64,000 bases of DNA from Trueperaceae bacterium (GCA_965214405.1 OZ243956.1:1920001-1984000), one strand, 5' to 3'. Shown: positions 46,180 to 57,412, counted from the stretch's first letter. Notes: generated by a model not told the origin, from the letters alone. Numbers and translations are program-made.

Positions 46180-46283
46180 AAATCGATCTAGCAACGTGTC
46201 CCCAATCGTAAATGGAACACGGGCACTTGTCAATAGTTCGGTGGTTACGCGTCCACAAGCCCCTCTGCCCTGACCGGCGCTAC

Positions 46284-46640
46284 TCAGGAGCGAATGTCGC
46301 GCCACGGTTTTTCCCGCCACTCCCTTTCCAAACGCTTCAAGTCCCCGACGATGACCTTGCGCGTCTCAGGCCCGTCGACCATCGGGGTGGCCTCGAAATA
46401 CCGCGTCAAGCTGCGCACGCGCTGCAGCGCGTAGAGCTTGGCGACGTAAGGCCCCAGATGGGTGAAAGGGTGCTTTCGCCAATTCGGCGGCGCTTTTCGG
46501 GTCGCCAGGATCATCTCGGCGTCCCGGTGCCTCGTCTCCACAAACAGTCTTACGAGCGAGGTGGAAAACCAGATGAGAAAGTAGAACAGGACGACGAGTA
46601 GCCCTATCATGGCGATGATAAAAATGACGAACGTGCTCAC
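46284..46640 (-). CDS. Small membrane-anchored hypothetical protein
   Basis: 118 aa, N-terminal TM helix, AAGGAG RBS before GTG. Confidence 0.7.
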   Translation of the reverse strand: MSTFVIFIIAMIGLLVVLFYFLIWFSTSLVRLFVETRHRDAEMILATRKAPPNWRKHPFTHLGPYVAKLYALQRVRSLTRYFEATPMVDGPETRKVIVGDLKRLEREWREKPWRDIRS

Positions 46641-46829
46641 TCAGACCCGACTCCTTGGCTTACTCCTACACCTTTACACCTTAGCTTCTAGGCTTTCGGC
46701 CTCGAGCATAGTGCATCTCAAACGAAAGATAAAGACATAAGAGCGTCGTTATCCCTAAAAATATTTGACCCGAGCCTCGATGTGGGTCTATAATCGGTTG
46801 GTAGATCGTTCTAACAAACGGGAGTTTCC

Positions 46830-47909
46830 ATGAGCATGGCGACAGCTTTACCGAAAACGCAGCCGGGTGCAGATACAAATGCAGACCTGGGTGAAGACAC
46901 CGCGATATCGGTTCGCAACCTCAAAACCCACTTTTTTCTCGAGGAGGGCACGCTCAAAGCCGTCGACAACGTCTCATTCGATGTCAAGAACGGCGCGACT
47001 GTGGGCATCATCGGCGAAAGCGGGTCGGGCAAGAGCGTGACGGCCCGGTCTATTTTGCGCATCGTACCCAAACCGGGCAGGATCGTGGGGGGCGAAATCC
47101 TCGCCAGGTCCTCTACTTTAGGCGTCGTTGACATGGCTAAACTCAAAGAGTCCGGCGAGAAGATACGTTCCGTAAGGGGCAAGGACGTCGCCATGATCTT
47201 CCAGGAGCCCATGACGAGCCTGTCGCCCGTCCACACGGTCGGCAACCAGATCGTCGAGGCCATCCTCATCCACAGCGACAGGAGCAGCAAAGAGGCTCGA
47301 GCCTACGCCATCGACATGCTCGCCCAGGTGGGCATTTCGGCCCCCCGGCAGCGGATCGACGAGTACCCGTTTCAACTGTCGGGCGGGATGCGCCAGCGGG
47401 TCATGATTGCGATGGCGCTCTCCTGTAACCCGCGCGTGCTCATCGCGGACGAGCCCACCACGGCGCTCGACGTGACCGTGCAGGCCCAGATTCTCGACCT
47501 CATGGAAGATTTGCAAGAAAAGTTCGGCATGGCGATCATGTACATTACCCACGACCTCGGCGTCATCGCGGGCATCGCCGACGAGATCAACGTCATGTAC
47601 TTGGGCAAGGTGGTCGAGAAGGCGACGGCGACCGAGCTTTTCAAAAACCCGCAGCACCCCTACACCAAGGGCCTGTTAAAGTCCATCCCCGACTTTAACA
47701 GCGTCAAAGGCAGCCGCTTGAACCCCATCGAGGGCAACGTGCCCGTCCCCCTCAACCTGCCCGTGCGCTGCGGGTTTTACGGCCGCTGCCCGGTAGCCAT
47801 CGAGGGACTATGTGACCGGGCGCTGCCCGCCCTGGTGAGCGACGGCTCGGGTCACGCCGCCCGCTGCTTCCAGGTCCACGACGAGGTGGAAGAGAGCCAG
47901 GATGAGTGA
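46830..47909 (+). CDS. Oligopeptide/dipeptide-family ABC ATPase (OppD/DppD-like)
   Basis: [26 protein letters not shown], Cys-containing C-terminal domain. Confidence 0.93.
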   Translation: MSMATALPKTQPGADTNADLGEDTAISVRNLKTHFFLEEGTLKAVDNVSFDVKNGATVGIIGESGSGKSVTARSILRIVPKPGRIVGGEILARSSTLGVVDMAKLKESGEKIRSVRGKDVAMIFQEPMTSLSPVHTVGNQIVEAILIHSDRSSKEARAYAIDMLAQVGISAPRQRIDEYPFQLSGGMRQRVMIAMALSCNPRVLIADEPTTALDVTVQAQILDLMEDLQEKFGMAIMYITHDLGVIAGIADEINVMYLGKVVEKATATELFKNPQHPYTKGLLKSIPDFNSVKGSRLNPIEGNVPVPLNLPVRCGFYGRCPVAIEGLCDRALPALVSDGSGHAARCFQVHDEVEESQDE

Positions 47910-49005
47910 CGCCACAATAAATAATCCAGTGAGTAACACTGGCAAAAACAGTACCGGTAAATCCCCCGCCAAAAAATGCATGTTGGAGGTGCGCGGCCTC
48001 AGCAAGTTCTTCCCCATCGAAAAGGGCATCTTGAAAAGGGTCACCGGCCACGTGCGGGCGGTCGACGAGGTCAGCTTTCATATCGACCAGGGGGAGACCC
48101 TGGGGCTGGTCGGCGAGTCGGGCTCCGGCAAGACCACGCTGGGCAGGATGATCGTCAAAGTTATCGACGCAACTGATGGAGATATTTTGTTGACGCTTCC
48201 TGACGGTGAGGTCATCAACGTGGCGGCCATGTCGGAAAAAGACCTTTTCCCTTACCGCAAGCATATCCATATGATCTTCCAGGACCCCTACGGCTCGCTC
48301 AACCCGCGGCTGACGGTGCTGGACATCATCGCCGAGCCGCTCATTTATAACAACATCGCTACTGGCTCCGACTTGGTAGACCGCGTCAAGGAACTCATGG
48401 AACTCGTCGGGCTGCAACCGAGTCACCTGCGGCGCTACCCGCACGCGTTTTCCGGCGGGCAGCGGCAGCGCATCGGCATCGCCCGCTCGCTGGCCCCCAA
48501 CCCCAGGCTCATCGTCTGCGACGAGGCCGTGTCGGCTTTGGACATTTCGGTGCAGGCGCAAGTTATCAACCTGCTCCAGGAGTTGCAGGAGAAATTAGGG
48601 CTCACCTACTTGTTCATCGCCCACGACCTGTCCGTCGTGCAGCACATCTCGGACCGGGTCGCCGTCATGTACGTCGGCAAATTCGCCGAACTCGCGCCCA
48701 CCGAGCAACTCTTCGAGTCGCCCAAACACCCTTACACCGAGGCCCTGCTCGCCGCCGTGCCCAAGCCCGACCCCACCATCGAACGAAAACGCAGCGCCCT
48801 TTCGGGCGAAATCGCCAACCCCGCCGACCCGCCCTCGGGCTGTTACTTTCACCCGCGCTGTAAATACGCAGTTGATAAATGCAAAGTTGATACGCCCCTT
48901 TGGGAGGAGGTAGCGCCTGAGCACTTCGTCGCCTGCCACCGCGTACACGAACTCGACCTCGTCGGCATCAAAGGACGCCCCCGCAGCGCCGCCGCGGTGA
49001 CTTGA
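47902..49005 (+). CDS. Oligopeptide/dipeptide-family ABC ATPase (OppF/DppF-like)
   Basis: [36 protein letters not shown]. Confidence 0.93.
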   Translation: MSDATINNPVSNTGKNSTGKSPAKKCMLEVRGLSKFFPIEKGILKRVTGHVRAVDEVSFHIDQGETLGLVGESGSGKTTLGRMIVKVIDATDGDILLTLPDGEVINVAAMSEKDLFPYRKHIHMIFQDPYGSLNPRLTVLDIIAEPLIYNNIATGSDLVDRVKELMELVGLQPSHLRRYPHAFSGGQRQRIGIARSLAPNPRLIVCDEAVSALDISVQAQVINLLQELQEKLGLTYLFIAHDLSVVQHISDRVAVMYVGKFAELAPTEQLFESPKHPYTEALLAAVPKPDPTIERKRSALSGEIANPADPPSGCYFHPRCKYAVDKCKVDTPLWEEVAPEHFVACHRVHELDLVGIKGRPRSAAAVT

Positions 49006-49154
49006 CGGGGGTCACTCTCTCACGCCCTACAGACGAGTCAGGATACCCGTCAGACCTCTTACAAAAGTCCGCACACAGCACCGCTTTGCAGCGCGGCTTA
49101 AAGAACATACATCTCTCGAACGCAGCTTTTTGTTTAGCAAGCTAAGGAGAAACG

Positions 49155-50048
49155 ATGGAAAAACGGACTTTAGGCAAAACCGGGCTCGAGGTCGGCATCT
49201 TAGGCTTCGGCGCGATGGCAATCCGCAACGACGGACAGGGCCGAAGGACTGAAAAGATTGCGGAAGAACAAATCGACTTATTACTCAACACCGTGCTCGA
49301 CTCGGGCGTAAACTTTATCGACACCGCGCCCGACTACGGTTATAGCGAACGCTATATTGGCGACTTCATCTCGTCTCGCCGAGAAGAGTTTTTCTTGGCA
49401 ACAAAATGTGGCTGCGCCCCGACCCCCGACCAGCCCTGGCGTCACGTCTGGACGAAAGACCAGCTTATGAAAAATATTGAGGCGAGCCTGAAAGCGCTCA
49501 AGACCGATTATGTGGACGTGCTGCAACTGCACAACCCCGGCGAGATGTCCGACGCTCAGGGTGCGGCTATGGATTTAGGCGAACTGGTCGAGGTGTTGGA
49601 GGAGATAAGGGCCAACGGTTGGGCACGCTATATAGGCGTTTCGGACGAGCCGCCCTACCTGCCGGACGCGCTAACAACAGGCACTTTCGACACGGTGCAG
49701 ATGGCGTACGGCCTGTACCTGCCCCGGCACAAGGAGATGCTCGAGAGGGTCGAGGCCGCAGGGATGGGAACCATCATCAGGAACGCGATCACGCAGGGGT
49801 TTAGCAACAGCATCACCCAGAACGAGCAGCGTAGAGATGAACTGGACGAAATAACGGCTTCGACAGGTTTAACCAGAGGTGAACTGATCGTTCGCTACGC
49901 CCTATCGGACAAGATGATTGACACGGTTATCATCGGTACTGCGAATGTAGAGCATTTTCGCGTCAACCTGAGTTATGCCGAAAGGGGTGTTCTGCCAGAA
50001 GACATCGTGGCTCAACTGGAAAAGAGTAGAGATGCGACAACAACGTAG
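49155..50048 (+). CDS. Aldo/keto reductase
   Basis: LGKTGLEV..LGFG, FIDTAPDYG, ATKCG, SLKALKTDYVDVLQLH. Confidence 0.92.
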   Translation: MEKRTLGKTGLEVGILGFGAMAIRNDGQGRRTEKIAEEQIDLLLNTVLDSGVNFIDTAPDYGYSERYIGDFISSRREEFFLATKCGCAPTPDQPWRHVWTKDQLMKNIEASLKALKTDYVDVLQLHNPGEMSDAQGAAMDLGELVEVLEEIRANGWARYIGVSDEPPYLPDALTTGTFDTVQMAYGLYLPRHKEMLERVEAAGMGTIIRNAITQGFSNSITQNEQRRDELDEITASTGLTRGELIVRYALSDKMIDTVIIGTANVEHFRVNLSYAERGVLPEDIVAQLEKSRDATTT

Positions 50049-50090
50049 ACACCAACCTGGATTCGCGATTATCGTTCACGGATACATATC

Positions 50091-50723
50091 ATGCTGAAAC
50101 CCGACTTTTCCAAGGCGCGCTGGTTAAACGAACCCGAACAATTTCACATAACCGAGCAGCATATCTCCATCGTCACAAAACCCTATACCGACCTCTGGCA
50201 GCGGACCTATTACGGGTTTAGGAGGGACGACGCAGCAGCGCTCTTGCTCGAGACCAAAGTTAACTTCACATTTACCCTCAAAGCATCTTTTGAATACCGA
50301 GAAAGATTCGACCAGTGCGGCATCATCATCTACTTGGGTCGTGAGGATTGGTTCAAAGCATCTACCGAGTACGAAACCGAAAGCTTCTCTCGCCTGGGAA
50401 GCGTCGTCACCAACGGCGCGTATTCCGATTGGGCAACAGTAGACATACCCACGACGACGCACATGTGGTATCGCCTTCATCGGCGCGGACCGGACTTTCT
50501 GGTCGAGTCGTCATTGGACGGAACAGCGTTTAAGCAGATGCGAATTTTCCATTTGCACCGGTTGGGAGAAACGTCTAGCGAAATGGGCACGCTCGACCCC
50601 CCGGCACCCGCTGAGCGTAGCTGCACATTCGGCTTGTACGCTTGTAGCCCGGCGAATTCGTCTTTCAAGGCTGACTTTAGCGACTTTACGCTCGAAGACT
50701 GTTTGTGGAAAGCGCACGTTTGA
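50091..50723 (+). CDS. DUF1349-family (ConA-like) protein
   Basis: WLNEP, TDLWQRTYYGF, FDQCG, SVVTN..SDWAT, GLYACSP. Confidence 0.85.
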   Translation: MLKPDFSKARWLNEPEQFHITEQHISIVTKPYTDLWQRTYYGFRRDDAAALLLETKVNFTFTLKASFEYRERFDQCGIIIYLGREDWFKASTEYETESFSRLGSVVTNGAYSDWATVDIPTTTHMWYRLHRRGPDFLVESSLDGTAFKQMRIFHLHRLGETSSEMGTLDPPAPAERSCTFGLYACSPANSSFKADFSDFTLEDCLWKAHV

Positions 50724-51298
50724 CAAGGGACGCTCTAACCCTGGACAAAAACACCCTGCTGATGCTCATCGACCTGCAAAAAGCTATCGACTTGCCGCAG
50801 TGGGGCGAACCCAATAACCCCGAAGCTGATAAGCAGATAGTAAAACTCTTAGTGGCTTGGCGTCAGCGTCACATGCCGATTCTGCATGTTAAACACATGT
50901 CGCCGGACCCAAACTCGTTTCACCACCCTGGACGACCCGGTAATGCTTTCAAAGATATCGCTTTACCTTTGGCTCATGAAAAGGTGCTCGAGAAGAGAGT
51001 GAACAGCGCCTTTATCGGGACGGGGTTGGGGGGGTGGCTCGAGCAAAAAGCCATAAAACATATCGTGATGGCGGGTGTTATTACCAACGCCTCCGTCGAG
51101 GCGACCGCGCGCATGTCGGGCAATTTAGGCTATGACACGACCGTCGTGGCCGACGCCTGCTACACCTTCGGTCGGCATGACTTTAACGGCAAGTGGTGGG
51201 ACGCGGAGGACGTTCACGCGCTGTCTCTAGCCAACTTACGGGACGACTACGCCAGCATCCGCCACACAGCCGAGCTGCTTCGGCGCTTACCGGCATAG
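50720..51298 (+). CDS. Isochorismatase-family (cysteine hydrolase) protein
   Basis: LIDLQKA, KRVNSAFIGT, GVITNASVEATAR, VVADAC. Probable TTG start overlapping the upstream TGA. Confidence 0.88.
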   Translation: MTRDALTLDKNTLLMLIDLQKAIDLPQWGEPNNPEADKQIVKLLVAWRQRHMPILHVKHMSPDPNSFHHPGRPGNAFKDIALPLAHEKVLEKRVNSAFIGTGLGGWLEQKAIKHIVMAGVITNASVEATARMSGNLGYDTTVVADACYTFGRHDFNGKWWDAEDVHALSLANLRDDYASIRHTAELLRRLPA

Positions 51299-51464
51299 CT
51301 TCTAGCCTGAGCGCACAGCGGTAGCCACCGCCGGTGACAACATGAACAAACTCCATATGAACAAACCCCATCATTATCAAGTTGTTTGACAAGTGAGTAG
51401 CGAATCATCTAAACTCTCTTTAAGAACGCCATAGCTGAAAAGTTCGCCTTTCTCGGAGGAACCT

Positions 51465-54215
51465 GTGGTTGACGCTGTTGCAACGGCTCCGCAAAAAGAA
51501 GTTTTGTCTTTGTCGGGACGCTGGGCGTTTGCGCTCGATCCCTTTAGGCTCGGGAAGTACCTTTGGCTGCAGGATACGGAATGGATCAACCTACCCGGCT
51601 CCACGGACGAAGCGGGCAAGGGCTACGAGACGACCACCAAGAACCTGGTGAATTTAACGAGGACGCACGCTTACGTTGGACCCGCGTACTATAAGCGTAG
51701 CTTCATTGTTCCCGAAAGTTGGCGGGGTAAACGCATCGTTTTTTATCTGGAGCGCCCCCACTGGGAAACCAGAGTTTGGCTGAACCAGACCTATATGGAC
51801 ATTCAAAATAGCCTCAGTGCGCCCCATCAGTATGAACTGGGCTCTCTTGAACCCGGCACTCACGAGCTGATTTTGCGTATCGACAACACGGTAAAGCTTC
51901 CTGTTGGAGACGCCACCGACACGCAAATCGGCGACTACAGCCTGGCGCATTCGGTCACCGACCATACCCAGACGAACTGGAACGGCGTGGTCGGCAGGCT
52001 CGAGCTGCAAACGACCGACCTCGTCTGGGTTGACGACGTGCAGGTCTACCCGGATGTTGCCCGCAAGGTCGCCCGCCTTTCCGCAATTTTAGGAAACGCC
52101 AGCGGGAGTCCCGTCGAAGGCGAGCTGACGGTTGAAGCGGCGAGTACCAACACGGACAGAGTTCACAGGTGTTCGCCTCTTTCTGCACCCTTTTCCGCGC
52201 CGCCTCTCACCGGGGCGTCGCGTCACCGCTTTGAGCTCGAGTACCCGCTCGGCGACGACATGCTGGCCTGGGGCGAGTTCTCGCCTGCTCTTTACACCCT
52301 GAACGTGAGCTTAAAGGCTCGAGGAGACGGACGCTCGTTTAGCGACCAGACCACCGTCACCTTTGGGATGCGCGACTTTGCTAGGCGCGGCACGCAGTTC
52401 GTGCTCAACGGCAAACCCGTTTTTCTAAGGGGCACCCTCGAGTGCTGCATCTTCCCGCTTACAGGTTACCCGCCGACGGACGCCAAACCCTGGCGGCGCA
52501 TCATGGACATCATCAAGGCGCACGGGCTTAACCATTTGCGCTTTCACTCCTGGTGCCCGCCCGAGGCGGCTTTCACGGCGGCGGACGAAGCAAGCGTGAT
52601 GATGCAGGTTGAGGGACCTTTTTGGGCCGAGTTCGGCAGCAACTCGGAACTCGACGCGTTTGCCTACGCCGAAGGCGACCGCATCTTACAAACCTACGGC
52701 AACCACCCCTCTTTTTGTCTTTTGGCGCTGTCGAACGAGCCGAGCGGCGAGCACAAAGAGGCTTTTCTCGCCCAGATTTTAGCGCACTGGCGCGAGCGGG
52801 ACCCCCGGAGGCTCTACACGAGCGGCGCGGGCTGGCCCATCATCCCAGAGAACGATTACCACTGCGCGATAGCGCCGCGTAGCTACGCGTGGGGGGACGG
52901 CCTCGAGGCGCGTTTCAACGCTCAACCGCTGTCCACCCGTGTAGATTACCGAGACTTCATCAACCAGTACGACGTCCCGGTGGTCTCGCACGAGATCGGC
53001 GAGTGGACGGCCTACCCGAATTTTGAGGGGTTGGGTAAATATAGGGGAGTGCTAAAGCCTTACGACCTCGAGGCCGTCCGCGATTCTCTCGCCGCCAACG
53101 GTCTGGCGGAACAAGCCAAGGCTTTCGTCATGGCCTCGGGCAGGTTGCAAACCCTCCTATACAAAGAGGAAATCGAAGCGGCCTTGCGGACGCCCGGTTT
53201 CGGCGGCTTCCAACTGCTCGATTTGCACGACTACCCCGGCATGGGACCGGCGTTGGTGGGTGTGCTCGACGCTTTTTGGGAGGGTAAGGGTTACGTGACG
53301 CCGGAGGAATTCAGGACCTTTTGCTCGGAGACGGTGCTCCTGTTACGCACCGACAAAGTGGTCTGGCAGCAACACGAGACGTTCGAGGCAGCGTTCGAGG
53401 TCGCGCACTTCGGCCCCGCAATCTTAGAGGATGCGACGCTCGAGTGGTCCCTGGTCGACGGGGAAAGCGTTCTTGCGAGCGGCGACGTCGCCAACCTCAC
53501 CATCCCCTACGGCTCGGGCGTTCCCCTGGGGAGAACGCAGATTCCGCTCGCCGACTTTCGCGCGCCTAGTCAACTGAGCTTACGCGCCAAGCTAAAGAAT
53601 ACCCCGTATTACAACACCTGGGCTCTTTGGCTCTACCCTCAAACGCTCGAGTTGCCAACCGGGATTTATCAAAGCGACCAACTCGACGCGGCGAGCTTGC
53701 AAGTTTTACAAGAGGGCGGCAACGTGCTGCTGACACCGCGCCCCGAAACGAGCACCAATGACATCCCGCTGGGGTTCACCACTCCTTTTTGGAACACCCG
53801 CTGGACCGCCGGACAACCCCCGCACACGATGGGCATCCTCTGCGACCCGGAACATCCGGCGTTGCGAAATTTCCCCACCGAGTTTCACAGCAACTGGCAG
53901 TGGTGGGAGGTGTTGCGCGAAAGCAAGTGCTTTGTCCTGGAGGGTCCGCTGGGGAGCGTCACGCCCTTTATTCAGGTGATCGACGACTACCTGACCAACC
54001 GTAAACTCGCGCTCGCCTTTGAAGCGCAAGTCGGTAACGGCAAGCTTTTGGTGTGTGGCGCCGACCTGGGCACGAATTTGGGCGAACGCGTCGTTGCAAA
54101 ACAACTTCTGTACAGCCTTCTAACTTATATGCAAGGAGAGGAGTTTGAACCGGCCACCAACCTTGACCCCTCGAGCCTGAGCACATTATGGACCTCCGCC
54201 GCACCTCCACCCTGA
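51465..54215 (+). CDS. Glycoside hydrolase family 2
   Basis: LSLSGRW.F, LERPHW, WNGVVG, FGMRDF, LRGTLECCIFP, GLNHLRFHSWCPP, NHPSF....LSNE, VSHEIG. Confidence 0.88.
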   Translation: MVDAVATAPQKEVLSLSGRWAFALDPFRLGKYLWLQDTEWINLPGSTDEAGKGYETTTKNLVNLTRTHAYVGPAYYKRSFIVPESWRGKRIVFYLERPHWETRVWLNQTYMDIQNSLSAPHQYELGSLEPGTHELILRIDNTVKLPVGDATDTQIGDYSLAHSVTDHTQTNWNGVVGRLELQTTDLVWVDDVQVYPDVARKVARLSAILGNASGSPVEGELTVEAASTNTDRVHRCSPLSAPFSAPPLTGASRHRFELEYPLGDDMLAWGEFSPALYTLNVSLKARGDGRSFSDQTTVTFGMRDFARRGTQFVLNGKPVFLRGTLECCIFPLTGYPPTDAKPWRRIMDIIKAHGLNHLRFHSWCPPEAAFTAADEASVMMQVEGPFWAEFGSNSELDAFAYAEGDRILQTYGNHPSFCLLALSNEPSGEHKEAFLAQILAHWRERDPRRLYTSGAGWPIIPENDYHCAIAPRSYAWGDGLEARFNAQPLSTRVDYRDFINQYDVPVVSHEIGEWTAYPNFEGLGKYRGVLKPYDLEAVRDSLAANGLAEQAKAFVMASGRLQTLLYKEEIEAALRTPGFGGFQLLDLHDYPGMGPALVGVLDAFWEGKGYVTPEEFRTFCSETVLLLRTDKVVWQQHETFEAAFEVAHFGPAILEDATLEWSLVDGESVLASGDVANLTIPYGSGVPLGRTQIPLADFRAPSQLSLRAKLKNTPYYNTWALWLYPQTLELPTGIYQSDQLDAASLQVLQEGGNVLLTPRPETSTNDIPLGFTTPFWNTRWTAGQPPHTMGILCDPEHPALRNFPTEFHSNWQWWEVLRESKCFVLEGPLGSVTPFIQVIDDYLTNRKLALAFEAQVGNGKLLVCGADLGTNLGERVVAKQLLYSLLTYMQGEEFEPATNLDPSSLSTLWTSAAPPP

Positions 54216-54305
54216 GAAATCACCCAAGAAATCGCCTGAGAAACCCCTGTAAAAGTTCCTCGGAGATACAACCTTTAGTCAGGTAGTCAGAAAGGACGTA
54301 AAATC

Positions 54306-55580
54306 ATGAAACGATTGTTCATACTCATGACTCTGCTGGGCGGCTTGTTGGGTGGCAGCGTTTTGGCGCAGCAAGACGTCACCCTTAGCCTGTTGACGAG
54401 TGACCAACTCTATATCGACTTTCTTAGTGAGTTTGTCAAAGAGTGGGAGCTTCAGTGGCCCGAATACACCATCACCTACGACTTTCAGCAGAATCCCGAT
54501 CCGGAAACCGCAGTGCTGACCGCGCTCGCCGCGGGCGAACCCATTCCCGACCTGTTGGGCATCGAGGTGGCCCAGTTTCCGCGCTTTATGCAAAACGGCA
54601 TTATCGCCGAGCATTTTGTCGACTTGACGGACTTGCTCGACGACCGGGGTGCGTTTATCGAAGGGCGCCTCATACCCTATACCTATGAGGGCGGACTCTA
54701 CGGGGCGGAAACCGCACTGTCTGCCAGCGCGTACTACTACCAGCCCGCCATTTTCGAGGAGAACGGCGTGAGCGTTCCGACCACCTGGGACGAGTTTCTC
54801 AAGGTCGGCGCGCAACTGGGCGAAAGAGATATCGCCATGACGGCCATAACCGACGACCCGCAGGGCTTTTTCGGTATGCTGTTTTTGCAGCGCGGTGGGG
54901 TGGTTTTTGACGAGAACGGCGCGTTTGTCTTTGGCGAAGAACCCAACCGGCAGATTGCCCTTGAAGTCCTGGATATCATGCGGCGAGGCATCGATAGCGG
55001 CGCGATCTTCTTGACCGAAGACTTTTGGGGCGCGACGATTCCCACGGCTTTTCGTGACGGACGCTTAGCGGGCATCGTGATGCCCGACTGGTACTCGGAG
55101 TGCTGTCTCAAACCGGGAGCCGAGGACATGGCGGGGCAGTGGTCGGTCGCCCCGATGCCCGTTTTTGCCGACGGTCAGGGACACACCACCACGGTGCGGG
55201 GCGGTACAGGCTTCGCCGTTGCCAAATCTTCAGAAAACGTCGAATTAGCCAAAGACCTTGTGCATGACGCCTTTTTGACGGTTGAAGGGCAAATCGAAAG
55301 ATACGAAATCATTGGCTTTTATCCCACGATGTTTGACGCTTTAGAGGACCCCCGGGTGACGAGCGTCACCGATCCCTTTTATAGCGACCAGGCGATAGGC
55401 GCGACCTTTGCCGAGGTCGCCCTGGACACGCCCGGCTATTATCAGAGCCCTAACCGCCCCTACTTCCTTCAGGCGGTCGCCGCCACCTTGCCGCTTTTTT
55501 TCGACGGCACGGTTTCGCCGGAGGAATTTATCGACCAGGTCGTCCAAACCACGCAAGATGAGATCGACTTCAACCAGTAA
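54306..55580 (+). CDS. Sugar ABC transporter substrate-binding protein
   Basis: Signal peptide VLA-Q; VPTTWDEF, W.VAPMP, GGTGFAV. Confidence 0.9.
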   Translation: MKRLFILMTLLGGLLGGSVLAQQDVTLSLLTSDQLYIDFLSEFVKEWELQWPEYTITYDFQQNPDPETAVLTALAAGEPIPDLLGIEVAQFPRFMQNGIIAEHFVDLTDLLDDRGAFIEGRLIPYTYEGGLYGAETALSASAYYYQPAIFEENGVSVPTTWDEFLKVGAQLGERDIAMTAITDDPQGFFGMLFLQRGGVVFDENGAFVFGEEPNRQIALEVLDIMRRGIDSGAIFLTEDFWGATIPTAFRDGRLAGIVMPDWYSECCLKPGAEDMAGQWSVAPMPVFADGQGHTTTVRGGTGFAVAKSSENVELAKDLVHDAFLTVEGQIERYEIIGFYPTMFDALEDPRVTSVTDPFYSDQAIGATFAEVALDTPGYYQSPNRPYFLQAVAATLPLFFDGTVSPEEFIDQVVQTTQDEIDFNQ

Positions 55581-55654
55581 ACCGGAACCTGATGGGGGCA
55601 TTCACGCCCCCATCAACGGGACCCCTTCTGCTAAGACCATGTCAGGACCACGCC

Positions 55655-56563
55655 ATGATACGCGCTAAACCCGCTGCTGTCGCCAAAGCGCCCCAACGCA
55701 GGCGCGGTTCGGTCACGCCTTACCTTTTCATCTCGCCCTTCTACCTGCTTTTCGGGGTGTTTTTTCTCCTTCCTACCTTGGCCGCGCTCGTCCTGAGCTT
55801 TTTTCGCTGGAGCTCTATGGGAGCGCCCAGCTTCTTCGGGGTCAGCAACTACGAGCGCCTGTTTCTGAACGACCCCGTTTTCTGGCAAGCCATCAGCAAC
55901 ACGCTCGTCTACTCGGCGGCGAGCATCTTTATCATTTGCCCTTTGGCGTTGCTTTTAGCCTTAGCTCTTAACTCGGAAGACTTGTGGTTCAAGACGTTTT
56001 GGCGCACGGTGTATTTTGCGCCCATCGTTACCTCAACGGTCGCCGTATCGCTGGTCTTTTTGATGTTTTACAATAAGGATTATGGGCTTTTCAACGGGGT
56101 GCTCGGTTTCTTCGGGCTCGAGCCCGTCAACTGGTTGGGCGACCGCAGCAAAGTAAAGCTCGCGGTTATCGGGGTGGTCATGTGGCGCTGGACGGGGCTG
56201 ACCAGCATCTACTTTTTGGCGGGACTTCAGGGTATCGCCAGGGTGCTTTACGAGGCTGCCAAAATAGACGGCGCGAACACCTGGCAGCGCTTTTGGCACA
56301 TCACGCTGCCCCAACTGCGCCCGGTCACGCTATTCGTCATTATTATTGTCGTGATCGGCTCGCTGCAAACGTTTGACGAGCCGCAGATTTTGACCGAGGG
56401 CGGCCCGGCCAACGCCAGCCTCAGCGTGGTGCAGTATCTTTACAGCCGGGGCATCGAGCAGCTCAGGTTCGGCTACGCTTCCGCCATCGGCGTCTTATTG
56501 TTTATCAGCATTTTCGTGTTGTCGTTCTTGCAGTTCCGGCTTTTCCGGGTTGGAAACGGTTAG
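55655..56563 (+). CDS. Sugar ABC transporter permease (MalF-type)
   Basis: PYLFISPF, LYEAAKIDGA. Start uncertain (55592 or 55655). Confidence 0.9.
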   Translation: MIRAKPAAVAKAPQRRRGSVTPYLFISPFYLLFGVFFLLPTLAALVLSFFRWSSMGAPSFFGVSNYERLFLNDPVFWQAISNTLVYSAASIFIICPLALLLALALNSEDLWFKTFWRTVYFAPIVTSTVAVSLVFLMFYNKDYGLFNGVLGFFGLEPVNWLGDRSKVKLAVIGVVMWRWTGLTSIYFLAGLQGIARVLYEAAKIDGANTWQRFWHITLPQLRPVTLFVIIIVVIGSLQTFDEPQILTEGGPANASLSVVQYLYSRGIEQLRFGYASAIGVLLFISIFVLSFLQFRLFRVGNG

Positions 56564-57412
56564 GTGCGTATGTGGCGAGCACAGCGGTTTACCGGTCGGC
56601 TCCTTCTCAATCTCGCCGTCGCGTTGGGGGGCGTGGTAACCGCCCTACCTTTTTTGTGGATGGTGTCGTCGTCTTTCAAATCGACGCGGGAGATTCTCTC
56701 GTTCCCGCCGTCTCTCGTGCCCGAAACGCTGCGGCTGGACAACGTCGCGCGCCTTTTTGACGAGTGGCCCTTTTTGACCTGGTACGGCAACAGTTTGCTC
56801 GTGGCTTTTTTTAGCACCCTCGGCGTGCTCTTTTTTTGCTCGCTCGCGGGCTTCGCCTTTGCCAAATACCGCTTCCGCGGCAAGACAGCCTTGTTCGCGC
56901 TTATGCTGGGCTCGAGCATGATCCCTTTCCCCATTATTCTGGTGCCCCTATTCATCTTGACCAGCCGTATCGGGTGGACCAACTCGAATTTAGCGCTTAT
57001 CGTGCCTTTTTTGGCCCCCGCCATCGGCATCTTTCTGATGCGCCAGTTTATCTCCACCATCGAGGATGAGCTTATCGACGCGGCGCGCATCGACGGCGCG
57101 TCAGCTTTCCGCATCTACTGGCAGATCATCCTGCCGCTGGTCCGGCCCGGCTTGGCAACCCTGGCGATCCTCACGTTTCTTGGCTCCTGGAACAGTTTCT
57201 TGTGGCCGCTGGTGGTGTTGCGCGACAGCTCGAGCATGACCCTGCCGGTGGGGATGGCGAACATTTTGTCGGGGGTGTCGGCGGGGTCGGCCCCTCCCTA
57301 CGGCCCGGCAATGGTCGCCGCAACGTTTGTTTCAATTCCCGTCATCGCGCTGTTCGTGTGGTTGCAGCGTTATTACATTGAGGGTTTAACCGCCGGGGCG
57401 CTCAACCAGTGA
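56564..57412 (+). CDS. Sugar ABC transporter permease (MalG-type)
   Basis: FLMRQFI..I.DELIDAARIDGA, WNSFLWP. Confidence 0.9.
   Translation: MRMWRAQRFTGRLLLNLAVALGGVVTALPFLWMVSSSFKSTREILSFPPSLVPETLRLDNVARLFDEWPFLTWYGNSLLVAFFSTLGVLFFCSLAGFAFAKYRFRGKTALFALMLGSSMIPFPIILVPLFILTSRIGWTNSNLALIVPFLAPAIGIFLMRQFISTIEDELIDAARIDGASAFRIYWQIILPLVRPGLATLAILTFLGSWNSFLWPLVVLRDSSSMTLPVGMANILSGVSAGSAPPYGPAMVAATFVSIPVIALFVWLQRYYIEGLTAGALNQ

Noticed and set aside
50720..51298. Inactive isochorismatase because the catalytic Cys reads Ser (TNAS)
   Set aside because: As I recall, Ser-containing subfamilies exist, and the ORF is otherwise intact, so this is not evidence of decay.
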